DNA of 57,023 nt, counting the filler, from Porpidia crustulata (Eukaryota): the NCBI GenBank assembly GCA_964255105.1. It is 7 parts of 7 records of this genome, joined end to end, with 100 filler letters (N's around TTAATTAATTAA, not from the genome) between each part and the next. Parts side by side here need not be neighbours in the genome. Positions count along the whole stretch, not along the records: positions 24,500 to 32,559 come from CAXUWE010001182.1; positions 32,660 to 40,714 come from CAXUWE010001183.1; 5 more parts are not named here. One strand, given 5' to 3'. Positions 27,546 to 39,115 of the stretch are shown here, one piece after another. How positions within the stretch are numbered: position 1 is the stretch's first letter; each line of letters begins with the position of its first letter. Under the pieces are notes generated by a model. That model was not told the origin of the DNA. It saw only the letters and a list, made by a program, of their open reading frames with translations, and made no database searches. The position numbers and the translations under genes were made by a program.

Positions 27546-27608
27546 ATTTTTTGATTTTCGATTTTTGATTTTTGATTTTTGATATTTGATTTTCATTTTA
27601 AGATTTCG
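27546..27608. repeat. Degenerate (TTTTTGA)n minisatellite
   Basis: About 8 imperfect TTTTTGA-like units upstream of the MFS gene. Confidence 0.7.
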
Positions 27609-28892
27609 GCTTCCGAAATCAACAGTCCCCAAATCTACCTCCCTTCAAATGCCACCCCCAAATGCAGTAACCTGGAAAGCGGAGGTCTGTCTACACTAAG
27701 TCTGCAGTCCGTGGCCGGAAGAAGCTTATTTGTACGACGTGAGAACATATAGGTCATGGCGAAAGGATTGCCTTACTTGCACAGAGAACGCTCTAGACAA
27801 CATCACTATATCGGTTTAGCTACAGCAGGATTGGGTCTTGATCGACCATCTCAAACCAAAAGTATCGCATACAGTGTACTCTAAGATGAGTCTCCAATGT
27901 CTGGGATACCGAGGCCCTTACACAATGCGATTTGTATAAAAACCTGAGCCTCAGGATTGCAGAATACGTGCATATCTTGTTTATCTAGTGGGATGCCTGA
28001 TCGACAGGAAAAATCTGGTCTCTCAACTTCCCGTCAATGTGAGCCTGGAGGGGTTCGCGCCGAGAGATGCGCAGCTGACTGCATCATTAGTGAAAGTATC
28101 TAGACCGGCCCTATCGGTTGTCGTCCCCCGTTACTCACCCATCACAATAAATCTTTACGGATCATGATCGTGGCTACAGCTTTACGTTATTCCGGAGCAT
28201 GCGATCTCGCCACTATGCTTCCCGCCTACATTTTGTTCAGCTAGACGCGGCTTTTGTAAAGCATTAGTGGATTCTGGACAGGGTTCACAGTGTTTGAACC
28301 GGGGTAGTTCTACATTGCCCCTACACCGTCCCTTTACATTGACTCGACACCGCTCATTTGTACTGCCCCAGCTTCCCTCTATCGAAGCATTGCATGCAGA
28401 TATTCCGAAAGCCTCTTATTATTTTAAGGCAAACTTTGCACCAAGCAGCAGTCCCCTCACCCACTATAGATGTGAAAAGTGCCTTAGAGCGCAAAGAACT
28501 CCCGCTATTTAAGCGATTGAGCTACTCTATTGGGTGGGTAAGTGGGACAAGAGCGGAGTCCACCTATACGACCATACCCTATATCCTATGGGATGAAGGG
28601 GGGAAGCACGACCGAAGAGCATCATCTTATTCACATAGATCACTGATGCTCACAGCTAATAGACTTCTTGCTTGATGGTAACGCAAATACGTGTCTCGCG
28701 AATCAGGGATGGACAAACGTCCTAACTATACACTTTCGAGGGCTGTTTCATATCAAGAATGATATCATGGGCCTAAGCTTTCAAAACATCATCAAGATCG
28801 AGCGAATAATATTGTTCCTGAGAGCCACGCCTTCATGCAACCCATTCAAACGTCGATCAGAGCAATATCTTCTGAATCCTCCTCATTTCCCC

Positions 28893-29477
28893 TTATTTCC
28901 CCTCGTTAGCCGCCTTTCGCTCTGCGAGGAGATCCTCAATATATCCGTTGAGCCAATACCGACTTAGCAACGCTTCATCCATATCTTCTGCCCCCTTGAT
29001 TCTTCCACAGCATTTACCTTCCCCAGCGCCACACCAACAGTCAAACGGTTGTGCTAGCGTCCAATCGGTGCTTGGATAAAAGAAACACAACCTATCGCCC
29101 TTGCGCAATGGACGATCTCTTCTAACCCAAATCTCGAACTTATCCATGTGCCACTCCAGAGTAGGATCGCATGAATGGTTGGTAAAGTGGATGTTGCTAT
29201 TGAGCTCGACGTGCAGATCGCGCCCAGCTTGGGTAGTACTGTAGCTCTGGGGCCACTGCTGATTGATGCCCGTAAGGCGTGCGAAGAGCGCTCCGGGTGG
29301 CAAGTCAACCTTAGACTCTGCCCAGGAGCGATAAGAGCCACCGGTCGTCCTCACCTTAAGGAGGCGGTCCCAGTCTGGATTTACCCACGCTGGGAGAAGA
29401 TTGGGACGTTCTGCGGCGGGCGCATTTTCATTTTGGTTGCTGTCAATTATACTCTGCGTGTTGGCGTCGAGCGGCAT
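28893..29477 (-). CDS. Small stand-alone SET + post-SET domain methyltransferase (194 aa, intronless)
   Basis: SET motif FTNHSCDPT, GDRLCFFYPST (ELxFDY equivalent), post-SET FDCWCG...CCG. Confidence 0.85.
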   Translation of the reverse strand: MPLDANTQSIIDSNQNENAPAAERPNLLPAWVNPDWDRLLKVRTTGGSYRSWAESKVDLPPGALFARLTGINQQWPQSYSTTQAGRDLHVELNSNIHFTNHSCDPTLEWHMDKFEIWVRRDRPLRKGDRLCFFYPSTDWTLAQPFDCWCGAGEGKCCGRIKGAEDMDEALLSRYWLNGYIEDLLAERKAANEGK

Positions 29478-29921
29478 TATGGTTGGAAGTTTTGCTAAAG
29501 AATTTGTGGTGTTGTGCAGAATGGCAATCCAGCTAGATATGTCGGATGCTCAAAGAAAATCGAGAGCGGTGGTGACTACTCTTTTATCTCTCTTTGGATA
29601 TCACACGTCAACCATCCCTTGCTATGTTCGAACCAAATCTTCCTGAAGAAGAAGGTATCACAACATGGAACTCACTCATAACCTATCAGATGTTCTTCCG
29701 GGTATGTCATCCTGCACGAACGATGTTACTCAACTGGTCGGGCATGGTCCGAGACCCCAGGGATGTCTGCTGACTTTCTTCGAACGTACGACAATTTCAG
29801 GCAAACTTTCGTGCAACCGTATCTCAAATTTCTTTGAATCGCGTGGAACTAAAACATGGTAACATTGAATCAAAGAGTTGGTTACCACCGGCTGGGCCAC
29901 ACATATTCTTGCGTGTCGTGG

Positions 29922-30335
29922 AACCTATAGCTGACTGCGTTGATGTAAGTAGATCAACGAATCGATTGCCTGCTTTTTGAGTCAGACGAAAAAGCTTGAT
30001 TCAAAGAGAAAGCGATCTATAGGATACTCCTAATGATCTATAGCTGAATGCATTGATGTAAGTAGGTCAATGAATTCGTTGCCTCATTCTTGGATCAAAC
30101 AAGAAAGCTTGATTCAAAAGAGAAAACGATCTATAGGACGCTCCTCATAACCTGTAGCTGACTGCATTAAGGTTAGTCGACCAATGAACCGGTTGCCTGA
30201 TTTTTGAATCAAACGAGAAAGCGGTCAACAGGACGCTCCTCATAACCTATAGCTGACTGCGTTGATGCAGCTCGATCAATGAATCTATTATCAGACTCTC
30301 GATTCGAACGAGAAAGCGGTCTACAGGACTTTCCT
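29922..30335. repeat. Degenerate tandem repeat, 4 copies of a ~95-113 bp unit
   Basis: Each unit starts with an ACCTATAGCTGACTGC-like sequence and ends with a GAGAAAGCG...AGGACGCTCCT-like sequence; copies 1-2 carry an extra internal segment. Confidence 0.85.
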
Positions 30336-30630
30336 CGCAGCCTCAACCTGTGTGTGACAGTACCTTCGATACTGCAGATGCGTATAAACCATCTAATGGC
30401 TGAATGATTTGATTTGTTATGAGGCTACGTCACGGAAAAATTGGCCTCGGAGATGTTTCATTGACCATACTGGAGGGATATTAGCCAGGACAGCAGATAG
30501 TACCATGTTCGATTATACATTTCAGAAACCATTGAAAGCCTTAGATATTCGATGGACTGGTCCTCTTCATCAAGAAGCAATTCCTATTTCGAAGGGAACA
30601 GATTGATCGTTTAGCATTAATTCATAAATC

Positions 30631-32272
30631 ATGGCCTTGACCCGTCGATTTGCATTTCCTTTACATCCCCATGAGTATGCCTCGGATGCTGTACCTAGTC
30701 TTCAGGATTGGCAGCAACTATGGGATGCCTGGCACCTGGTCACTACTGGGATGATTCCACGGGAGAAGTTAATGGAGAAGCCTATTCCATTACGCAATCC
30801 GCTACTCTTCTACTTAGGCCATATCCCAACCTTGTAAGAAAGATCCTTTGTTCAGCATATACGGCTGACAATTCAAAGTGAAGATATTCACCTCACTCGG
30901 GCCACCAATAGCAAGCCCACAGAGCCTAGTTACTATGCTAGGATCTTCGAGAGGGGAATTGATCCAGATGTTGATAATCCTGAAATTTGTCATGATCACA
31001 GTGAGCTTCCTCAAGAATGGCCGAGAGTGGAAGAAATTCTGTTGTTCAGAGAGAAGATTTGTCAAAGGATCAAGTCTATGTACGAAAGCGGGACGGCGTG
31101 GTCGGATCCTGAAATTGGGAGAGCTCTGTGGATTGGTTTTGAGCATGAGGGTGGGATTACATCGTCCGTTACAGACTGATTTTCGTTGATTTGTTGAGCA
31201 CATACTTAGGCTTGCACCTGGAGACCTTCCTCTACATGCTTCTACAAAGCGACTTTGTGATGCCACCTCCAGAGCCCGTACCAAACTTCGAAATTCTAGC
31301 CAAAAAAGCTGCTGCGGAAAGGGTCGAAAACAAATGGTTCACGATTCCAGCGAGTCGAATTGTTCACGGCTTCTCTGAATCCAATAGCGACTCGATGCAT
31401 CGTCGTTTCTTTGTCTGGGACAACGAGACGCCGCGCTATCAGGTACACGTGGCAGCATTTGAAGCCCAAGCTCGTCCTGTTAATAACGGCGAATACGCTA
31501 AATATCTTAGTGTGACAGGTAGAGAAATACCAGTCCTCTGGACGTCAAAGACAACTCAAGTATCAGCCGAGGAGGTCGACGAATCTGCTAAGCTACGCGT
31601 CTTTCTCGACAATAACTTTATCAAGACGGTATATGGACCTATTTCGCTCCACATCGCCTCAGACTGGCCAGTGATGGCCTCGTACAACGAGCTTGCAGGC
31701 TACGCTAGGTGGGTAGGATGCCGCATCCCAACTCTCAGTGAGGTTCGAAGCATATACGATATCGTAGAGACGCAGAAGCGTGTCAAGGACGGTTCGGAAA
31801 GAGCGAACCCGGATTCGATGGCGCCTGAGACGGACGAGAATTTCGTCAACCTGACGGACTGTAACATCGGACTGCAGCATTTCCATCCGATGCCTGTGAC
31901 GCAGAATGGAAATCGATTGTCCGGGCTGGGTGACATGGGCGGCGCGTGGGAATGGACCAGCTCTTTGTTGGAGCCGTACGAGGGTTTCCGGCCAATGGAC
32001 ATCTATCCCGGATACACCGGTATCGTCTCCCGAACATTACGCACGTTGAGCCTCTGCTAAACGCGCGTCAGCCGATTTCATGGACGGGAAGCACAACGTC
32101 GTGCTCGGAGGATCGTGGGCCACACATCCTCGTATCACTGGACGCAGAAGCTTGTAAGTTTTGAAAAACATCTCCACGTGCAAGATAAATTGCCAACTAC
32201 CAAAGCATCAACTGGTGGCAGCTGAACTATAGGTATCCCTGGGTTACGGCCAGGCTCGTTCGCGATGTATAG
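30631..32272 (+). CDS. Egt1/EgtB-like non-heme-iron sulfoxide synthase (DinB-like + FGE-sulfatase fold) lacking the N-terminal histidine methyltransferase domain; 5 exons
   Basis: Spliced product: KPIPLRNPLLFYLGHIPTF, IFERGIDPDVDNPEICHDHSE, FEHEGLHLETFLYMLLQS (HxxxHxE), WDNE, DMGGAWEWTSS, YPGYTADFMDGKHNVVLGGSWATHPRI, ...ARLVRDV*. In-frame TAA at 30625 lies just upstream of the ATG. Confidence 0.9.
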
Positions 32273-32334
32273 TTTGCTCAAGGCTCTTGCGAAAGGCTTG
32301 ATTTGTCGGGAAAGGTTTGATCGGAAAACCGACC

Positions 32335-32380
32335 GAGATGAAACGGAACGAGATGAAACGGAACGAGATGAGATGAGAGA
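32335..32380. repeat. Short tandem repeat of GAGATGAAACGGAAC decaying into (GAGAT)n
   Basis: Directly visible 15-bp duplication downstream of the EgtB-like gene. Confidence 0.6.
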
Positions 32381-32559
32381 ATAGATTGTCGAAGAAAAAA
32401 CAAGATTCATTGTCAAGATTCATCGTTCTCTCTCCCTCCCTTACTTCCTCATTTTCTTTCTCTCTCTCCATCTCCCATCCCACATCACATCTCCTCACTC
32501 CCTATCTACCATCTCCTCTTCTAGCCGCTCGCCCCCCGCCCCCCCCCTCCTTTCACATC

Positions 32560-32659
32560 NNNNNNNNNNNNNNNNNNNNNNNNNNNNNNNNNNNNNNNNN
32601 NNNTTAATTAATTAANNNNNNNNNNNNNNNNNNNNNNNNNNNNNNNNNNNNNNNNNNNN
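32560..32659. other. Artificial contig spacer
   Basis: N44-TTAATTAATTAA-N44. Confidence 0.97.
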
Positions 32660-33564
32660 GGGGTTGGGTTTGGGATTTAAGGTATAAGGAGGTAGTTGGT
32701 GGTTGGTGTTTGAGGTTTGAGGGTTGAGGGTTCAATGGAAAGAGCTTACTTGGGATACAACGGCGATGGCGACGGAGAAATTATGTGTTTACGTAAGCGA
32801 TGGTTCGGGAAATTTCAAGGCTTTGCCGACCTCCCTTTTAGATAGGCACGTGATAGGTAAGAAGAGGGTTGAAACCCTCATGATAGACATTGCACGCCAA
32901 TATTTGAACGGAAATGGGATCTACGATAGCTATGTACTTGACCTAGTCGGGCTATGTCATATACATGAGAGGCAGATAGACCGGGAAAGAGGGATAGGGA
33001 CAGCTTTGATGTGGATAGTGAGTAGAGAGGTTCAAGGCGAGGGGATAAGATGCTTCTACCAAGACTTCAGCGAAGGGTCAATGGTGAAGCGGCTCCGTAG
33101 GATTTGATCTCCACTTCGGTTCTTGGTATCAGTATGCAAGAATCAAGTAGTCTATTGGATTTTCAATTTTGCACCTGGCCGTCTACCTACTTCAATCTGC
33201 AATCAAGCGAGTGTCCTTCTTTGCCACCGATGGTACTAGGCTCTGACAACAGCCGAAACCCTCAAGCACGGTTTCTGAGGACATGTTGAGCCACATGCCT
33301 CCGTCTCCCATTCACTTCCTCTTATCTGCTACGGTTAGTTTCAGCTTCAGGATTAGGCAAACACTATCGCAGCGTACCTAGCCCGTGTGGGCGCCACGTT
33401 CAAGTCTCTATTCACATGCGGGCTCGAGTTGCCATAGTATAGCTAGAGCGGTATTCAATGGCTGGGGCGGCATTTTGCCGCTGGGCGCGGAAAGCCGTCA
33501 GATTTAGCCTTGGCGGGGCGGCCTCTGGACGCACTTCCTCGCGCACTGCGAGGTTGCTAAATTG

Positions 33565-35146
33565 TCAATCTGTTTTTATTCATCAGCTTGAGATCAGGCC
33601 TGTACATCTTTCCGCAACTCGCCGTCGTAGAATTCATCCTCGTCCTCGAAATCAGCTAGCTGCTCAAAATTGACTTTCTGTTCCAATCATCAGTAATCTG
33701 CTTCAGAGGGTGGGACAGCAAGATTAGAACATACGTAGCGGAGCATAGCACCAATCCCACCAAAACCTTTCACGAATTGATTTCCTTCCGATGATCGATC
33801 CGAGACAAACTCAAGTGCAGCACCAAAGTCTTTGTACTTCTCGGCCATCCACTCTAAGAAAGACCCTTGATCAACTACTTCCATCTCTTGGCCGGTTTCC
33901 TTGTCCATGAACATTTCGCGATCCGCCTCCTGCATCTTAGTAGTGTGGAAGATAGCCTCTGACCCGTTGGACGCCTTCAGGACCCATCTATTGATGTCGA
34001 GGTTCTCGTACACAATGAGCGTCTCAGCAGCACCCAACTCAAGCGCTTTTAGTGTATCCTCTACTCCATAGCATACCCGACCAGAATCCTGAGAACCATC
34101 AACAAGCATTCAATTCTCTTTCCGAATTACTCTTAGACTCACCTGGCTAATCTCCTCGAAGTATTTGCCAATAAGCTTCTTTTCTTGAATGAACTTTACA
34201 TTACTGAGTGTTTCCGAAGCCAGTTCGATAGCTTGGTTGAATCCGTTTTCTCCTCCATACGAAACATCAACGACCTTGATGACTTTGCTTTGAAGACGGT
34301 TGTCGAACAAATCGGATTGGTTCAGATCGTTCTTGAAATCGGCAGACCCGGCCAGGATGATTCCCGCAACGTTGACTTTGTCGCCTGAGATGTAGTTTTG
34401 AACCGCCAATTCGGCAACTTTTCTAACGTAGTTGTGCCGTTTCTCTTCACGCAGGCGAGCGAAACGTAAAGCGGATTGTCCGCCGCGACCATGCTTTTTT
34501 GGTAGATCAACAGAGAACTTATGCACGACATCTCTTGTGTTACCACTAAGTGTTCCGAAAAGAGCTCCGTTGCCGTCCATGATGATAAACCCAAACTTCT
34601 GATCGGACTCGAGCAGCTCGCTTAGGGCCTCTGTGTGAAATTTATTATCGCAAAGGTAAAGCGAGGTATTAATGGGCTTGAACGGTTCAAAGTCTATATT
34701 TATCTTGCGCTCCTTTCCTTCAGATGTAATGATTTCACCACAATAGACGACCAGTCCATTTGGGGGGACCTTGTTGTACAGCTTCAGACGCTGCTGCGTT
34801 GAAGTGATGGCAGACAAGACAGATAAACGGTTGACTCGAGATTTGATATTAGACGCAGTTCCCTAAGAGGATCAGCGTCCGTCTGAAAACCTCAAAATTC
34901 AATATACCTACGAATTCTTCTGCCAACATCCTCGCCGCTCGGGAGACTTGATCCTTTGGAGCTACGGAGCCGAGGCATTAGTGCGTGCAATCGAGCGCCT
35001 CGCTCGTAAATCGTTGCGAACATACGAATGATGAGCGATATCATTGAGGTTCCGTTCCCTCTGGCCGCTTCAAGCCGCTTGATGAGCTTCTTTACTTTCC
35101 ATATCTCAATATTCTTCTCTGCCTCATTCGCCTGAGGAGCGCTCAT
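33565..35146 (-). CDS. SUP45: Eukaryotic peptide chain release factor 1, multi-exon
   Basis: [43 protein letters not shown] predicted last GC-AG intron (33622-33570) gives ...DEFYDD*; the unspliced form ends ...[11 protein letters not shown] at 33594. Confidence 0.96.
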
Positions 35147-35327
35147 TTTGAGCGAATCGGGAAGATAGTACTACAAATTTCAGTGGTACTCTTGGAATCC
35201 GAGACTGAAAAAAACTGTGGGGAGTTGTCGCCGACTTGTCGATCGTTGTGGGATTAACAGACAGAATTAGCGGAAGAATTTCGGCGTGCAGATCTCCCTC
35301 GCCAAGCATTCAACCATCAGCCACAAC

Positions 35328-35334
35328 TGACTCA
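35328..35334. promoter_or_regulatory. Gcn4/CpcA-type element TGACTCA in the divergent SUP45 / amino-acid transporter promoter
   Basis: Exact consensus match, but only a single 7-mer. Confidence 0.3.
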
Positions 35335-35978
35335 TCCTAAAACTTCGTCATGACCTAGGAGACCCTCGGGATCATTTTCATACAAGTATCTAAGATACAG
35401 CTTCCATCATCAACTGGCAAACATAATTCTAACAGTAAGCCTCCAATCCGAATCATGATATAAGACATATTTGAAGATTAAGACAGAGAAATGATGAGGA
35501 AATCGGAATTATTATTTATTTCTCCTTATCGCCGCTAATCCTCCCCCTCCCCCACCTTGAGTGTTATCTATCTGCAGGCTATCGAAAGACTCGACTTTTC
35601 GACTATCAACCGCGGCCCGGGATCTCATCACCTGCAGTTTATTGACAGGCAATGATTCTATTTTCTTTTGGTAGCACGCCTTCTCCTACCCAACGACCAT
35701 ACTCCACCTGAGCATTCTTCTCTTCTTCAATCATGACAATTGGTGCCTGCTTTCCCTATGCCCTGCAAGTCATGCCGCTACTCGCGACTTCCTGAAAGTA
35801 TATCGACCCCTCTATGTAACACGACTAAGCATATGCACTTTGTTTTGAGACTCATTCGGGTTCTTCAAAACCCTCGAGGTGCAATACGTGCTTCGTGGAT
35901 TCATCACCTCGTCACAATCCATATTGCTCATTCGCCGTTACTTTGGCTTCGTAGTATTCATAATTTTGTGGTAATGTA

Positions 35979-38297
35979 ATGACCAGCCTAGATTCTAAGA
36001 GGCCCATGATCAACTGGGATGACTATGAACGAGGGAGGGATTCCTCGCGGCATGGCTCGGTAGGGTCTACTGGCAGCCGTGTTCGTTTTGAGAATGATTC
36101 TCCTTCTGCAGTCTCAAATCATTTGAACATCCCTCAATCAGAACACGGTAATGGCGAGTCTGGAGGAAATCTCCACCGCCGGAGGTAAGTGTCTTGCCAT
36201 TTCGTTGCCCAAGCCATTCGTACACCATCAGGATTGATATCTTGAGCCCTGCTAATCATGCGCGGTTCACTTGACTGACATCCTGAAATTACTGGCAGAT
36301 CGTCGCTATCAATGCGCGTCAGCGCCCTTGCTCACGTTGGAGGAGTCAACAGCATAGAGAGCTTTGCTCGTTCTTGGCAGCGTGCTGCCGGGTTTGTTGA
36401 AATACCATCGCGAAAACCTTCGTTCATCCTATCAGAACATGATGGAGATCTCTCGGGCTCTCGACAACCGAGCGAAGACCACCACCCTCAAGCGCAACAT
36501 AGATCGCTGCTTCGACAGCAACTCGAACGACAAGAATCCTCCTCGACAGCGGTGGTTGAAACATCTCCTTCAGGACGTCACAGTGTGGAATCACCAGACC
36601 CTTTCACTGCTGCCAATACCCCTCATCATGAGGATAGCGATGTGATCGGCTACGCCCCGTATCTAGCCTCACCCTTTGCGTCTAGTTACGGTGGCATATA
36701 TGGTTCCTTGTCATCGAGAGTCAATGAATCTTCGATGCGACATGCCGGACAATTGTTTCAGGAGCAACAGTTGAGAGGCGAACAAGAGCCGGATAAAGAA
36801 CATGAACCACTGCTTGTGAAATATGTGGAAAGAGAAGATGGAAAAGTAGTGCCGGTCATCGTCGGCCAGTCCACTTTGCCTCAGACTGTCTTCAATTCTG
36901 TGAACGTCCTGATTGGTGTAGGGCTTTTGAGTTTGCCCTTAGGGCTGAGATACTCTGGATGGCTTGTCGGAATGATATTCCTCTTATTTGCGGCTATTGT
37001 GACAAGGTATACCGCTGGTCTACTCTCGAGATGCCTTGATGTGGATAATTCTCTAGTCACCTTTGCAGATCTAGCTTATGTGTCTTTCGGGTCCAAGGCT
37101 CGGATAGGTACCAGCCTTCTCTTTACAATAGAGCTTTTAGCAGCGTGTGTCGCTCTTGTGGTGCTTTTTGCGGACAGCCTCAATGCTCTCATCCCAGGTT
37201 GGGGAATAGTGGAATGGAAAGTCTTTTGCGGAGTTATCTTGATACCTTTGTGTTTTGTACCACTCCGACTACTGAGTTTCACCAGTATCTTGGGTATCAT
37301 CTGTTGTCTTGGAAGTGAGTGGAAAAAGGCCCCAAAATAATGGCAGTCGTTGACTCGAGTGTAGTTGTAACTCTAGTATTCGTTGATGGCCTTCTAAAAC
37401 CGCATTCGCCAGGCTCGCTTAGAGAGCCTGCGAGGACGTATATGCTACCTCATAATTGGTGTACACTGCCGTTGAGCTTTGGACTTTTGATGGGTATATG
37501 CTCACGCATTTCCATACATAGAAGCGCCACTGACACTTCACAAGCTCCGTGGGGCGGCCACAGTGTCTTTCCGAATATTTACAGAGATATGCGGCATCCA
37601 CGCAAATACAAAAAGGGCATCAACATCGTGTTTGGTTTTACTGTAGGTGGGCAACTCCAACAAAGAAATAGCACTGCTAATCATTGAAAGTATCTGCTCG
37701 ACCTGAGTTTGGCTGTCGCTGGTCTCCTGATGTTCGGCGAGAAAGTCCGAGACGAAGTAACATCGAATATTCTCTTAGTCAAAAGCTACCCCCAGGCTAT
37801 CTCCGTATGTATCGTTGTTTTCATTGCAATTATCCCTCTCACCAAGATCCCATTAAAGTAAGCTCACTTTTCGATGCTTGCTTTTACGCATTCTTCATAC
37901 CTAACCTACGTGAAGTGCTCGACCCATCTTCGTGACAATCGAAATACTCTGCGGTCTCGACGCGCGGGTGGTCCCTTCGTCAAATAGCCTTGTCGGGCTC
38001 TCTGGCTATTCTCGTGGCCTGCTAAAGTGTATGATACGTATCGGCATTACTGTCGTGATCGTTGTGATTGCGATTTGGGTGCCGTCGTTTGATAAGATTA
38101 TGGCTTTAATGGGATCTGTCATGTGTTTTAGTATCTGCATTATTTTACCTTTGGCATTTTATCTGAAGATTTTTGGCAGCGAAATTAGTCGGAAAGAAAG
38201 AATTCTGGATTGGTTCTTGATCACAACCTGCTCTGTCATGGCTGTTGTTGGGACTGTTTGGGTGTTTTTACCACAAGACATGGTTGGGGCAGGTTGA
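35979..38297 (+). CDS. Vacuolar amino-acid transporter (AVT1-like, Aa_trans family), multi-exon
   Basis: GGVNSIESFARSWQRAAGF, GQSTLPQTVFNSVNVLIGVGLLSLP, PWGGHSVFPNIYRDMRHP, IIPLTKIPL, ICIILPLAFYLKIF. Confidence 0.9.
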
Positions 38298-39115
38298 GTT
38301 TTACATGGCATTGGCATTGGGAATTGTGTTTTCTCGCTATGACTGCATCAAAGACATTCTAGGCGTTGATTGATTGAACAATATTGAAATGAGATCGGCC
38401 AGGTTGACGCTGTACGCTTCTGGATGTTATGATGATAAGGAGCACGCTTCTCGCAAAAAGATAGAGTATCATCGCGAGCCACACGTCACAAGCCACACGC
38501 ACAATGCCACGCGACAAGCCAGAAGCCACAAGTTACTCCACATCAGGATTTTAGAGAATTCGTGCCTGACCCATTATGCTCGACAATCTTTGCCAGATTT
38601 CAAAATTGAAGTTCACCAGGGTTCACCATTAACAGCGTCAGAATAAGAGTGATTTCATTCGATTGGCGACCATCACTTGATATTCCGTTACAACAGGCCC
38701 TGAATATTCAACAGAATTTCAAGAGACCAAGTCCTCCAAATAATCCGCATCGTCGAGCTTTCGGTATACGGTGTATGGTAGCATCTCACAGGGAGCAATT
38801 TTAAGTGGCCCGAAATTCACTTGACTTCTAGTATTAAGGAATCTGCTTGCAGCCTCGCTGGTATATCTTCAATTCGCAAACTCTGATCTGATTTGCTACA
38901 TCCGTACAGGGCCTATTAAATAGCAGAATTCGTCAATGAAGACAGGATTCATTTCATTACGGCCTTCGCGCTGTCGATCACATGCAGGTCATAGGCGGCT
39001 ATTCTGACCAAACATTGCACGCAGCACGCCAAACTACGAAGAAATTCACATCCATGGAATATTGAAAGGCCTGGGTGTTGAAGATCAGCACAGTCCAAAT
39101 CTGATCCTTTGAAAC

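Noticed and set aside
29922..30335. Repeat array as CRISPR-like
   Set aside because: Whole units are homologous with no unique spacers, the context is eukaryotic and there are no cas genes.
30409..30606. ORF as the missing EgtD methyltransferase exon
   Set aside because: No SAM-binding or EgtD motifs, and an in-frame stop with no splice acceptor separates it from ATG 30631.
32724..33107. 127-aa ORF at contig start
   Set aside because: No motifs; purine-rich sequence downstream of and antisense to eRF1, likely non-coding.
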